A stretch of DNA of 63,560 bases, filler included. It is 4 parts of 4 records of this genome, joined end to end, with 100 filler letters (N's around TTAATTAATTAA, not from the genome) between each part and the next. Parts side by side here need not be neighbours in the genome. Positions count along the whole stretch, not along the records: positions 17,646 to 27,139 come from SRR31156797_4489; positions 27,240 to 56,924 come from SRR31156797_4496; 2 more parts are not named here. One strand, given 5' to 3'. The notes under the pieces are model-generated. The model had not been told where the DNA came from and made no database searches. It saw only the letters and a list, made by a program, of their open reading frames with translations. Shown piece after piece: positions 21,911-31,664 of this stretch; position 1 is the stretch's first letter; the number at the start of each line of letters is the position of its first letter. A program made the translations under genes and the position numbers.

Positions 21911-23506
21911 TTAAAATCCATTCAGATTCATTAGCACTGTAGGCAATAGAAGCAGAAATCCAAGCATGATTAACATTAGTATAAAAGGAGCAGCCCATTT
22001 AAACCACTTTTCATACGGAATTCGTGCTACACCCAGCACCCCAATTAATACTCCACTTGTTGGTGTAAGCATATTGGTAAAACCGTCTCCAAGCTGAAAC
22101 ACCACTACTGTTGTTTGTCGCGAAATCCCAATGAGGTCAGAAATTTGCGACATAATAGGGATGGTTAAAGCAGCTTGTCCCGATCCGGATGGAATAAATA
22201 CATTCAGCATCGTTTGTATCAGGTACATAATGCCAACAGTTCCAACTTCTCCAAAGTTTTGCATTGAGTTGGAAACGTAAAAAAGAATGGTGTCAATAAC
22301 TTTTCCATCTTCAAGAATAACCACAATACCTCGTGCTAATCCAACAATCAGGGCAGCCGGAAGAATATCTTTGGCTCCTTCGAGAAACAGCCTGGTTAAT
22401 GTATTGGGTGATTTATTTGCCGAAATACCAGCAAAAATGCCCATCGCTAAAAAAATAGTGGCTATTTCTTTAATAAACCAACCATGCCCCATAACTCCAA
22501 TTATAAGGTAGACGATGGTGAAAGTAAGCAAGGTTAGAATAAAGTACTGAACAGAACGACGTAGTGTGATAATACTTATAATGATGAACAGGGCTGTGGC
22601 AACCGGAATAGCCGGAATATTTAATATGTCATTCCCTATTTGGATGGTACTCTGAGGAAATAAGAATGAGAAAATTACAAGTGATATTGATAAAACACTC
22701 ATTGTAATCCAGGCGGCAGTTGGATTTATCTTATCTATACTCATTGAGTTGGTAATATTTCGGGAACGCCAGTATTCATCGCTGGAGAATACAACTGATT
22801 TTGAAGGAGCTTTTTTTATTTTGGTAGCGTATCTTAAAATATAGGTAAACCCAAAAAGATTAATAACAATCCACATAAAAATACGATATTCCAGGCCTGA
22901 GAATAAGGGAAGATCTGATAAGCCCTGGGCAACACCAACGGTAAAAGGATTTAAAAAAGCACCTGCAAATCCCATCGTTGCTGCCAGAAAACATAAGGAT
23001 ACACCTACTATCGAGTCGTAACCCATTGAGATGGCTAACGGAACAAATATTATTGTAAAGGCAATTGTTTCTTCACTCATCCCAAATACAGCTCCAAACA
23101 AACTAAAAATGGTCATTATGCTAATAAGAACAATGTTGTTCACTCCAATACGGGCCAGGAACTTCGAGCGTTCAAATCGTTTCAGAAACTTCAAAAAAGA
23201 ATAGATTCCAATGTCGATAGATTTACTTTCGTTTAAAATCCAAAAGGCCCCACCGATTAAAATTACAAGAGCGATTATATTTGAGGTTCGTAAAAAACCA
23301 TCGAAAAAAGAAGAAAACACCTGCCAGGTTTGTATCTGGCTTTCGGTTTGGTGAAATGAACCATTTTTTATAACACTGCGTTCAATACCGTTAACAATAA
23401 CCGATTCACGTTCAAACTCTCCACCGGGAATGATTAATGTTAGCAAGGCACAGATTATTATCAGGAAAAATATAATTACATAAGTGTGAGGTACTTTTTT
23501 AAGCAT
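21911..23506 (-). CDS. YfcC/DcuC-family membrane transporter
   Basis: PHTYVI, GMSEE, NPFTVGVAQ, IPSGSGQA, QLGDGFTN..PTSG motifs; multi-pass hydrophobic. Confidence 0.8.
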   Translation of the reverse strand: MLKKVPHTYVIIFFLIIICALLTLIIPGGEFERESVIVNGIERSVIKNGSFHQTESQIQTWQVFSSFFDGFLRTSNIIALVILIGGAFWILNESKSIDIGIYSFLKFLKRFERSKFLARIGVNNIVLISIMTIFSLFGAVFGMSEETIAFTIIFVPLAISMGYDSIVGVSLCFLAATMGFAGAFLNPFTVGVAQGLSDLPLFSGLEYRIFMWIVINLFGFTYILRYATKIKKAPSKSVVFSSDEYWRSRNITNSMSIDKINPTAAWITMSVLSISLVIFSFLFPQSTIQIGNDILNIPAIPVATALFIIISIITLRRSVQYFILTLLTFTIVYLIIGVMGHGWFIKEIATIFLAMGIFAGISANKSPNTLTRLFLEGAKDILPAALIVGLARGIVVILEDGKVIDTILFYVSNSMQNFGEVGTVGIMYLIQTMLNVFIPSGSGQAALTIPIMSQISDLIGISRQTTVVVFQLGDGFTNMLTPTSGVLIGVLGVARIPYEKWFKWAAPFILMLIMLGFLLLLPTVLMNLNGF

Positions 23507-23873
23507 AACTTGTTATGTTTGGCAGTAAAAGTACAAAAAAGGTTATTAGGAATATTTTGTTCTTTAATGTCAAATTTCAACTTTCGTTCAATACTCAAAA
23601 AAGATCTTCTTGTTTAAGCAAATGAATTCTGAAATCAGAGCACAAGGCTGTGTTATCGGTACTTGTCATAAGCTTATTCGTATCGCAAAGGGAAAAATAG
23701 TATACCTTTTTTATCACAAAGGAATCCCTGGATTCAAAAATTCACTGAAGAAAATCATTATCTAATATTCCAGCTATTTTTACATTCGCATAAATGTTAT
23801 TTCGAAGATGGTAAAAACGGAAACGTTGACGTTTTAGTATTTGGATCTTTTGCTGTGTTCGAGATGATAAAAA

Positions 23874-25580
23874 ATGAATAAGATGAAAAAGATAATTGAA
23901 TGCGTACCCAATTTTTCAGAAGGACGCGATATGGGCATTATAAAAGAGATTACTGATGCTATAGAGAGTGTAGCTGAAATAAGTTTGCTTGATGTTGATC
24001 CGGGGAAGGCTACCAATCGAACAGTGGTAACATTTGTTGGAGCTCCCGATGATGTAATTGAAGCTGCTTTTCGTGGGATAAAAAAGGCAGCAGAATTAAT
24101 TGAAATGAGCCATCACAAAGGTGAACATCCTCGTTTTGGAGCAACTGATGTTTGCCCATTGGTACCCGTGGCTAACGTTACCATGGAGGAAGCTGTAGAA
24201 TATGCGCGCGAATTAGGAAAACGCGTAGGAGAAGAACTGGGAATTCCGGTATTCAGTTACGAGTTTGCTGCTTTTAAAGAGGAACGACGTAGTTTGGCCA
24301 ATTGTCGGTCGGGAGAGTATGAAGCCTTAAAAGAAAGAATTACTTCTGCAGAATGGAAACCTGATTTTGGCCCTGATGAATGGAATGATAGAGTTGCCGG
24401 AAGTGGAGCAACAGCCATTGGAGCAAGAAACTTTCTGGTTGCCTACAATATCAACTTAAATACAACTTCAACCCGCCGTGCTAATGCCATTGCTTTTGAT
24501 ATTCGGGAAGCCGGACGTGTTAAGCGGGAAGGAAGTCCCATAACCGGTAAGATTATAAAAGATGAAAAAGGTGAACCTGTCCGAATTGCGGGAAGTTTGA
24601 AAAAAACACGTGCCATTGGTTGGTACATCGAAGAATATGGTATTGCACAGATCTCCATTAATCTGACTGACATTACCATAACACCTGTGCATGTTGCTTT
24701 CGATGAAACATGTAAAAAAGCACAGGAACGCGGAATTCGCGTTACAGGTTCGGAGTTGGTGGGTTTGATTCCTCTTCAGGCCATGTTGGATGCCGGGAAA
24801 TATTTTCTTCGCAAACAGCAACGGTCAACCGGAATATCGGATGCCGAGATTATCAAAATTGCCATCAAGTCGCTTGGTTTAGACGAGCTTGCTCCTTTTA
24901 ATCCTAAAAAGAAGATTATTGAATATGTGATTGAGGACAAGTCAGCAAAAAAACTGATTGATATGACCTTGTCTGAATTTAAAGATGAAACGGCTTCAGA
25001 GTCGCCTGCACCTGGTGGTGGTTCTATTTCTGCATATGTGGGGGCACTGGGTGGTGCTCTTGGAGCAATGGTCGCAAATCTTTCAGCACATAAACGAGGC
25101 TGGGACGAGCGTTGGAACGAGTTCTCCGATTGGGCAGAGAAAGGTAAATACTATCATACTTCATTATTGAACTGTGTGGATGAGGACACCGATGCTTTTA
25201 ATCAAATTATGGCAGCTTTTGGTTTACCCAAAGGTAGTGAGCAGGAAAAAGCTGAACGCAAACTGGCCATTCATGAAGCCACTAAAAATGCCATAGAAGT
25301 ACCGCTGAAGGTGATGCAGTTAGCTCACGATTCGTTGGAAGTAATGGCTGCAATGGCTGAATTTGGTAATCCAAACTCAGTATCTGATGCAGGTGTAGGT
25401 GCACTTTGCGCCCGAACTGCCGTTGAAGGTGCTTACCTGAATGTAAAAATAAATGCCGCTGGTTTTACCGATAACGAATTTTTAGGTATTGCCTTGAAAA
25501 AGGCTGAAGGTCTTTTAAAATCAGCTAAAGAAAAGGAGACTGCTATTTTGGAGGTGGTGAAGAAAAAGATAGAAGGTTAA
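23874..25580 (+). CDS. ftcd: Glutamate formimidoyltransferase-cyclodeaminase (FTCD)
   Basis: IECVPNFSEGRD, HKGEHPRFGATDVCP, GSELVGLIP and a C-terminal cyclodeaminase domain (SPAPGGGS, GNPNSVSD). Confidence 0.92.
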   Translation: MNKMKKIIECVPNFSEGRDMGIIKEITDAIESVAEISLLDVDPGKATNRTVVTFVGAPDDVIEAAFRGIKKAAELIEMSHHKGEHPRFGATDVCPLVPVANVTMEEAVEYARELGKRVGEELGIPVFSYEFAAFKEERRSLANCRSGEYEALKERITSAEWKPDFGPDEWNDRVAGSGATAIGARNFLVAYNINLNTTSTRRANAIAFDIREAGRVKREGSPITGKIIKDEKGEPVRIAGSLKKTRAIGWYIEEYGIAQISINLTDITITPVHVAFDETCKKAQERGIRVTGSELVGLIPLQAMLDAGKYFLRKQQRSTGISDAEIIKIAIKSLGLDELAPFNPKKKIIEYVIEDKSAKKLIDMTLSEFKDETASESPAPGGGSISAYVGALGGALGAMVANLSAHKRGWDERWNEFSDWAEKGKYYHTSLLNCVDEDTDAFNQIMAAFGLPKGSEQEKAERKLAIHEATKNAIEVPLKVMQLAHDSLEVMAAMAEFGNPNSVSDAGVGALCARTAVEGAYLNVKINAAGFTDNEFLGIALKKAEGLLKSAKEKETAILEVVKKKIEG

Positions 25581-25616
25581 GTTCTTAGATTATTCTTTGT
25601 AAAAAGAAGGTGTGCA

Positions 25617-25658
25617 TAGTGATCTTTATGGTTAAAATATCAAACATAAAGATCACTA
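25617..25658. terminator. Inverted repeat between convergent genes
   Basis: TAGTGATCTTTATG ... CATAAAGATCACTA 14-bp arms. Confidence 0.6.
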
Positions 25659-25707
25659 AGTATGAAAAAGTTTTTATGTGTGTAGCTTCAGTTTTAAAGC
25701 CACTAAT

Positions 25708-26073
25708 TTAGTCGGTTTCTTTCCAGGTGGCAGCGCCAATATTTTTTCGCCCAAAGCAGGCATCCTGAATAACAGTAAGAGTGAGCATCCCGTCTTTGTA
25801 TAAAAATTCATATTCCCCCTTTATACTTTTCTGACAGGCAATGGGACCCTCGGTGTCGCTTAAGGTGATTTTTTTTTCATCGATTTTGTAGTTGCCTTTT
25901 ACCAAAACCACTGCGGCCGGATTCGATAATTCGTAAACATTCTCTTTAAACTGTAGGCTGATTTTACCAATTCCTTCAAGGTTTGCACTAAATTTCTTAC
26001 CTTGAAGCTGAGCACTTACGCTAAACGACATCATTATCGATAATAGGATTAAATAGAAAGATTTTTTTTTCAT
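25708..26073 (-). CDS. Hypothetical secreted protein
   Basis: Signal peptide ending SVSA-Q; small beta-rich domain with two Cys. Confidence 0.6.
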   Translation of the reverse strand: MKKKSFYLILLSIMMSFSVSAQLQGKKFSANLEGIGKISLQFKENVYELSNPAAVVLVKGNYKIDEKKITLSDTEGPIACQKSIKGEYEFLYKDGMLTLTVIQDACFGRKNIGAATWKETD

Positions 26074-26092
26074 ATGATAATAATTTGATTTT

Positions 26093-26863
26093 TTATTTAT
26101 TGCCCGTTTTTTCAGTACTTTTTACCTGGTATTTATCTAATTGTTGTTTTAAATAACGAATTCCGCACATAACACCAAGTTTCCCTTCTGCTCCCGAAAC
26201 TATACCAACCAGGTACCCGTTTTTATCAATTACAGGTGATCCGCTGCGGCCGGCAGGATCAACATTCTTTGTTAAGGTATTAGTATAGAAATATGGTCCA
26301 GGGTTTTTGAAGACCTGCATTTTAATTAGCGAAGGATTCTCCGAATTTTGTTTGAATGCCCAACCAGGCGCATAAACAATTTCGCCTTTCGAAACCGGGC
26401 GTGTTCTTATTTTTAGAGGCGTAAAATCAGACTTCTCATTAGTTTTAAAAATAATCCAGTCGCGGCTTTTAAGGGTGTTGAACTCGCCCGTTTCTTCATT
26501 CTTGTTTCCATTCAGCAGTTCTCCCAAACATATGGCTTTGTGCGGTTTCCCTTTGGGGGAGATTTGCCATCGTTTAAAATTGTTGTCCAGGCAGATGCTG
26601 TTATTGGTTTCATCTCTGAAAAGCATAAAAATATGTTTACAGGTTACCGCAAATGTATCGGAGCCTGTTTCAATAAGGAATGCATTGCCGAAATTGGTAT
26701 AGGTGGAATCGCTAAATTCAACGGTGTTGGTCATTACCAGGTGGGGCCATTCTATAACAGGTTTTTCCATCCATGTTTCTTTGGAAACCATCTCGGTTTT
26801 GTTTTTACATGAACTGAAACAAACCAGAACAATGAGTACCTTTATAAAATATGATTTCAGCAT
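26093..26863 (-). CDS. Trypsin-like serine protease lipoprotein
   Basis: Lipobox FSSC; triad VTCKH / RDW / GRSGSPV plus LVGIVSG. Confidence 0.75.
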   Translation of the reverse strand: MLKSYFIKVLIVLVCFSSCKNKTEMVSKETWMEKPVIEWPHLVMTNTVEFSDSTYTNFGNAFLIETGSDTFAVTCKHIFMLFRDETNNSICLDNNFKRWQISPKGKPHKAICLGELLNGNKNEETGEFNTLKSRDWIIFKTNEKSDFTPLKIRTRPVSKGEIVYAPGWAFKQNSENPSLIKMQVFKNPGPYFYTNTLTKNVDPAGRSGSPVIDKNGYLVGIVSGAEGKLGVMCGIRYLKQQLDKYQVKSTEKTGNK

Positions 26864-26913
26864 TTTTTATTGTTTGAAAATTTTCCCTGATATTTCGGCT
26901 TAACAGGAATGAT

Positions 26914-26943
26914 AAGCGTTAAGCAGTTTTACCCGCTTAACGC
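26914..26943. terminator. Hairpin downstream of partial ExbB-like gene
   Basis: GCGTTAAGC ... GCTTAACGC inverted repeat. Confidence 0.5.
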
Positions 26944-26979
26944 ATTATTGAACGGTTTAATTGTTTTCCAAATGTATGT

Positions 26980-27139
26980 TTACTTTGGTTTATAATCCTT
27001 TTGATGGCTTATAAGGATGATTATACCAATCCGTGCCAAAGCAAACACCAGGATGCCCATTAAGGGATCAACCAGTGCCATTTTTAAACCTTCCGACATT
27101 AAACGAGGAGTTAGGTCGCCATGTGCTGCCACCATGTCG
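26980..27139 (-). CDS. C-terminal fragment of a MotA/TolQ/ExbB-like membrane protein
   Basis: Manual translation ...DMVAAHGDLTPRLMSEGLKMALVDPLMGILVFALARIGIIILISHQKDYKPK*; resembles the last TM helix of the family; 5' part cut by contig end. Confidence 0.5.
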
Positions 27140-27239
27140 NNNNNNNNNNNNNNNNNNNNNNNNNNNNNNNNNNNNNNNNNNNNTTAATTAATTAANNNNN
27201 NNNNNNNNNNNNNNNNNNNNNNNNNNNNNNNNNNNNNNN
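27140..27239. other. Artificial contig spacer
   Basis: N-run with TTAATTAATTAA; marks the switch from Bacteroidota-like to Campylobacterota-like sequence. Confidence 0.99.
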
Positions 27240-27641
27240 TGTCGCAGATAGAAAAGCTCCATTTTCTGGCACTGCTATAGTACCTTCTTGCTTTGTAGCT
27301 TCTAATGTAGTCGTTTCATTCGAAGGAGAAGTATTATATCTATGTTGATGAGTATGCTCTGGTAATTCATATATTGATAAGTGTGTATATTCAGAAAAAT
27401 ATCTATCACCTAAAAATTGCCTTGTAAGACCAGGACCTTGTCCCATACTTATTGCTGTTGAGCCTCTTAAATCCGGTAATGCAAAAACAGTTCTTCCATC
27501 TCCACCATAATAATCATATAATAATGAGAATAAAGCTTGATATTCGTTGACATAAACTAATGCCCCTCCACAATACCCATTATTTTCTGCTGTATAATTA
27601 AATCCTACTGGTATTATTTCACCCATATATTGATCATACAT
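27240..27641 (-). CDS. Tail-collar domain protein (MdpB / 'microcystin-dependent protein' family), truncated
   Basis: YMGEI...F......C.G......YQALFSLL...YGGDGRTVFALPDLRG......GQGPGLT...G....E...LS..ELP.HTH signature. Confidence 0.88.
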
Positions 27642-28569
27642 ATTGTTCCTTTATATTTGTAAACTTCTCTCCACTAAAAAGATTTGCATAGTTTGAATAA
27701 CTATACCCACTGAATATTCCATCAAATGAAGATATAATATCCATTCTTACTGCACCATCTTTAGTAGAAACAACTAATCCCTCTATCTTGTCTATCAATA
27801 CTATTGTTCCCTCCTTTACACCATAGGTTTGATACTCTATTGGTGTTGCTTCTAAAATTTTTATAACTCTATTGCTAATAGTTGTTTCAACTCCTCCATA
27901 TGCTGGATTTGATGCTTTTACTTTTTGTGAAATCTCATATGCTGAATCTTGTTGCCAATCAATTTGAAAGTCAGATGTTTGTGGTTGTTGGAAATATGTA
28001 AAATCTTTTTGCTCCTTATGTTCTATACTGTTTGATTCTATTGCCTCTAAAAACCCTATTATTATATTAGGAACAATTGATGCAACTTTATTACTTAAAG
28101 AACCCATTGTTGCTTCTTTTTCGATCATAAATTCAACACTATAAACAATATCTCCACCATCAATCTCTTCTGTCACTCTGTGAATACTAATGGCACTTTT
28201 TGTTTCACCGTTTCTGATCTGCCAATACAAAGGACTTGATCCTCGATATTTAGGTAAAGGTGAGGGATGTATATTAAAAAAGCCATCTTTAAAGATAGAG
28301 GTCATTTTTTTAGAAAATATTTTAGGATAGGAAAAAGATAAAGCGATATCTGCATTTAAAGCTCTTAAAATATCAAGAAATTCCTCTTTCTCATCATCTG
28401 GTTCTAGATATATTTTTATACCATGCTGCTGAATAAACTGTATCATCTGATGAAATTGGGGATGAGTATTATCCCTAATGACAATAGCTAATAAGTTTTT
28501 ATTTTCAATTAAAACACCAATCAAACTCCATGATATTTGAGAAGAGGTAAAAAGGATCACTTTTTTCAT
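27634..28569 (-). CDS. Fmt-family (10-formyl-THF) formyltransferase, non-housekeeping
   Basis: FFNIHPSPLPKYRGSSP, HRVTEEIDGGDI (Asn/His/Asp catalytic set) and an Fmt-like C-domain (IDW...SNP). Lacks the FMGTP N-terminus of tRNA Fmt. Confidence 0.8.
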   Translation of the reverse strand: MKKVILFTSSQISWSLIGVLIENKNLLAIVIRDNTHPQFHQMIQFIQQHGIKIYLEPDDEKEEFLDILRALNADIALSFSYPKIFSKKMTSIFKDGFFNIHPSPLPKYRGSSPLYWQIRNGETKSAISIHRVTEEIDGGDIVYSVEFMIEKEATMGSLSNKVASIVPNIIIGFLEAIESNSIEHKEQKDFTYFQQPQTSDFQIDWQQDSAYEISQKVKASNPAYGGVETTISNRVIKILEATPIEYQTYGVKEGTIVLIDKIEGLVVSTKDGAVRMDIISSFDGIFSGYSYSNYANLFSGEKFTNIKEQYV

Positions 28570-29825
28570 TGGTTAAATTCTTTCTTTTTAAAAGGGATAA
28601 AAGATGGTAGTCCATCTAGTCTATAATAAAAAGTAACTACATCTCCACTCTTTACAAGAAGATCATCCTCTTCCATTTGTAAAGGTTTATAATTTAAACA
28701 AAAATTCACCATTGGGTATGGATGAGAAATTCCTGAATCATATTCCCCTACTCTTTCACCTTTATAGATATCTACATATGCACTAAAAAGAAGATACTGT
28801 TTAGCATATTCCCCTATAGGTACTGGCATTTTCAAAGTTGCGCACTCTATAAGATTTACATTAGGATCAGAAGATGGAACCTCTTTTAAATTTCGAATAT
28901 TATCTTGGGTAATAGTTAAAATATCTCCTAGTTCCGTCCTTTGTTTTAATATCTCTTCATCTCTTAAAATCTCTCGACAACTTTTTACATCTCTCCATTG
29001 TTCCACATATTCATCTTGAGGTTTATTTAAAAAAGCTTTTACTGTTACTTTTTGCGGTAAAAATATTCCATCTTTTTCTAAAAACTGGGAAAAGTGTTTT
29101 GTAAGTAAGAAGTGCCCTTCTTTTGTAAACCCATGATTTAAAGCTTCAAGCACTACCATATGAATTCTTTGAGCTTCTTTTGGATAGTAATCCAAAGCAT
29201 CCATCTCAAAAATTTCTTCTATATAATCCTCTATTCCTAAGTTTTGAATCAAAGCTTGTAGAGTCGCTGTAGCTCCTTTTTGTATATCTATAAGAGTTAC
29301 TTTTAAACTATTTTTATAGAGGTTCTCCATCTCATATTTTTTTATAAGAGGTAAAAGCAATGGGGCAAATGGTCCACAGGCTGGATAAATAATGTGTATC
29401 TCTTCATTAGGAAATTTACATATAATATCATCTAATGCAAAATGGGCACTTCTTATATAAGCTCTTACTCTTAAACTATCTTTTATCGTATGGATACAAT
29501 GTTCGGGAGCTATTATATTTCCACCTTTTGAGATAAATCTTCTTTTTTTTAGATCAGGATCCATATCTAAAGAATCAAAAATCTCTTTTTGCAACTCAAA
29601 AGCTCTCTCAAGATATCTGTTCAGTTCATCAATATCTTCATTAGTATCATCGATAATAATATCCATTGTTTGCTTGATAACTTGATCTAGGGATAAACTT
29701 AGATCAAAATCCTTGGCTTCCTCTTCTAAAGGTTTTATTTTAGGATATCCTCTTCCATGTTCCAGACTTCTATCTATCACATTTTGAAACTCTCTTGAAA
29801 ACTCTTTTGTAGCCTGATTATTCAT
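28566..29825 (-). CDS. PRMT-like SAM-dependent methyltransferase
   Basis: IIYPACGPFA (motif I-like), VTLIDI (post-I), MVVLEALNHGFTKE (E-x8-E), FLEKDGIFLP (motif III-like); paralog of 30130-31659. Confidence 0.6.
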   Translation of the reverse strand: MNNQATKEFSREFQNVIDRSLEHGRGYPKIKPLEEEAKDFDLSLSLDQVIKQTMDIIIDDTNEDIDELNRYLERAFELQKEIFDSLDMDPDLKKRRFISKGGNIIAPEHCIHTIKDSLRVRAYIRSAHFALDDIICKFPNEEIHIIYPACGPFAPLLLPLIKKYEMENLYKNSLKVTLIDIQKGATATLQALIQNLGIEDYIEEIFEMDALDYYPKEAQRIHMVVLEALNHGFTKEGHFLLTKHFSQFLEKDGIFLPQKVTVKAFLNKPQDEYVEQWRDVKSCREILRDEEILKQRTELGDILTITQDNIRNLKEVPSSDPNVNLIECATLKMPVPIGEYAKQYLLFSAYVDIYKGERVGEYDSGISHPYPMVNFCLNYKPLQMEEDDLLVKSGDVVTFYYRLDGLPSFIPFKKKEFNQ

Positions 29826-29840
29826 TTTTACTTTCCTTTT

Positions 29841-30119
29841 TTATACTAATGGTCTAATGACTTTTGTTGGTGTTACTTCTTGTAACTCCGTAGCCATTGA
29901 ATTATTAATTTGTTGTATTTTTTTTGGAGTCTTTTTTATCTCTTTCATTTTTGAGTTATCTTTATATGTTGTAACTTCATCAACACTATCAAGTAACATC
30001 TCGATCTCTTTTGAAATATTTTTTACTAAAATACTATTATCAACCGATTGTGCTACATTTAATATCCCTTTTATTCCAGCAGACATTACTTCAAAAGTTT
30101 TTTTATCTATATAACTCAT
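29841..30119 (-). CDS. Small hypothetical protein (92 aa)
   Basis: ATG with AAGGGA RBS; fills the gap between the two methyltransferases in the same orientation. Confidence 0.65.
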   Translation of the reverse strand: MSYIDKKTFEVMSAGIKGILNVAQSVDNSILVKNISKEIEMLLDSVDEVTTYKDNSKMKEIKKTPKKIQQINNSMATELQEVTPTKVIRPLV

Positions 30120-30129
30120 ATGATCCCTT

Positions 30130-31659
30130 TTACTCTCTTAGCCAGCTTTTCATCATTGGAAAACTATCTATTTGTAGTTTATCTGCACTTTTTTTTGTAA
30201 GTGTTAACCCCATCCATTCCAAAAGTGGAACACCCATCTCTCCACCATTTTCAAAATGTTCTATCAGCCATTTAGAATCACCTTTATATCCATCACTATG
30301 AAAAACTATGCTAGGATCAATCTCAAGATACTTTAAAGCAGCATAACTCCAAGCTAAGGTAGCCAGTTCATCTCCAGCATTTTTACTTACATCGTTGTAA
30401 ACCTCTTTTCTCTTTTTTGATGTAAAGGTTGCTATATGTCCTGCCTCATGTAAAAGATCTCCTGGGGCTAAAAATTTTTCATTATCAATAACTAATACCC
30501 CTTTATCAATCAAGATTCCTGGTAAAAAACTTGCTTCATGTATACTTTGATGTTTTACTTCGATCCCTATCTCTTCTAGAAAACCAAACATTTTAGCTAC
30601 GATTTTTGGATCGATTTCTTGTTTTTTCATAACTCTAGAAGAGATTCTTTTTTGTTTCGATAATTTTTCTCTTTTTTCATGAAATAGATGTTTATAAACT
30701 ATTTCTGGTCTATTTTCAAATATATAACTAAACTCTAATATATCCCCTTTTAATACTGCTGTATTCAAAAACAATTCTCTAGGACTATTTAAAGTAGACT
30801 CATTTTCTACTAAGATATTCTTCTTATATATTTCTATTGTCGTTGTAAAATATAAACAATCTTCATCCTCTATCTCTTTATCTACAATGATTTTAGGAGT
30901 AATGATAATATTCTCTTTAAACCAGTTTTTTTTCGTATCTAACTTTATAATATCTGATATATGATCTTTAGATTTAATAAGCTGTTTTTCTTGAGTATTT
31001 TTCTTTTTTCCAGATTCCAAGGCCACTGTGACACACTGAGGTATAAACACTCCATTTTGACAAAGTTGTGGTAATAAATTAAGAGTAATATTCACTTGTG
31101 GTTCACCCTCAAATGCTGCTCTCATTGTTTCTGTGATCATTAAATGTACTTTTGAAGTAACTGCAAAAGTTGCAGCATCACAACATTCATAACTTTTAAC
31201 AAAAGAGATTAGTTCTAAACTTTCCACAATAGCTTTTACAGATTCAAGAGAACTTTGATGAATATCTAAAAAAGTTACTTCTATGTTTTTAGGTAAAAAT
31301 AGATGAAGCAAAGGAACCACTAAACTCGCATAAGGACCTGTTCCAGCATAAAGTATATGTATCTTTTCATCATGAACTTTTAATAGATCAATAATAGCTT
31401 CATAAACTCCTCTTAAATATTTAGAAGTCCTTTTATATTCATTGGTACAAACAGCTGCATCTAAAGGAGATAGTGCAACTCCAGAATTTAAATTGGTATG
31501 GATAAACTCTTTTGATTCTAAATGATTCTCTTTAGCTGATATGGTAGATAAACTTCCAAAAAGCTTGGATAATTTATTTACAGCTTTTTCAAGTTCTTCA
31601 TTACAAGAATCTTTATCCAACAATATTGTAACGATTCTATTTAAATCTTGTTTGATCAT
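30130..31659 (-). CDS. PRMT-like SAM methyltransferase fused to a C-terminal HExxH metallopeptidase-like domain
   Basis: ILYAGTGPYA, VTFLDI, LMITETMRAAFEGE (E-x8-E), NGVFIP; C-terminal DLLHEAGH...GDE. Confidence 0.65.
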   Translation of the reverse strand: MIKQDLNRIVTILLDKDSCNEELEKAVNKLSKLFGSLSTISAKENHLESKEFIHTNLNSGVALSPLDAAVCTNEYKRTSKYLRGVYEAIIDLLKVHDEKIHILYAGTGPYASLVVPLLHLFLPKNIEVTFLDIHQSSLESVKAIVESLELISFVKSYECCDAATFAVTSKVHLMITETMRAAFEGEPQVNITLNLLPQLCQNGVFIPQCVTVALESGKKKNTQEKQLIKSKDHISDIIKLDTKKNWFKENIIITPKIIVDKEIEDEDCLYFTTTIEIYKKNILVENESTLNSPRELFLNTAVLKGDILEFSYIFENRPEIVYKHLFHEKREKLSKQKRISSRVMKKQEIDPKIVAKMFGFLEEIGIEVKHQSIHEASFLPGILIDKGVLVIDNEKFLAPGDLLHEAGHIATFTSKKRKEVYNDVSKNAGDELATLAWSYAALKYLEIDPSIVFHSDGYKGDSKWLIEHFENGGEMGVPLLEWMGLTLTKKSADKLQIDSFPMMKSWLRE

Positions 31660-31664
31660 CTTTA

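Noticed and set aside
27140-27641. Apparent Bacteroidota-to-Campylobacterota switch as horizontal transfer
   Set aside because: The switch coincides exactly with a spacer; these are different contigs and probably different organisms.
27240-27641. Tail-collar gene as evidence of a prophage or contractile injection system
   Set aside because: No structural phage, sheath, baseplate or integrase genes are visible, and MdpB-type collar genes commonly occur outside phages. What lies beyond the contig end cannot be seen.
27634-28569. Housekeeping methionyl-tRNA formyltransferase (fmt)
   Set aside because: Lacks the typical N-terminal FMGTP motif and lies in an accessory operon; no gene symbol assigned.
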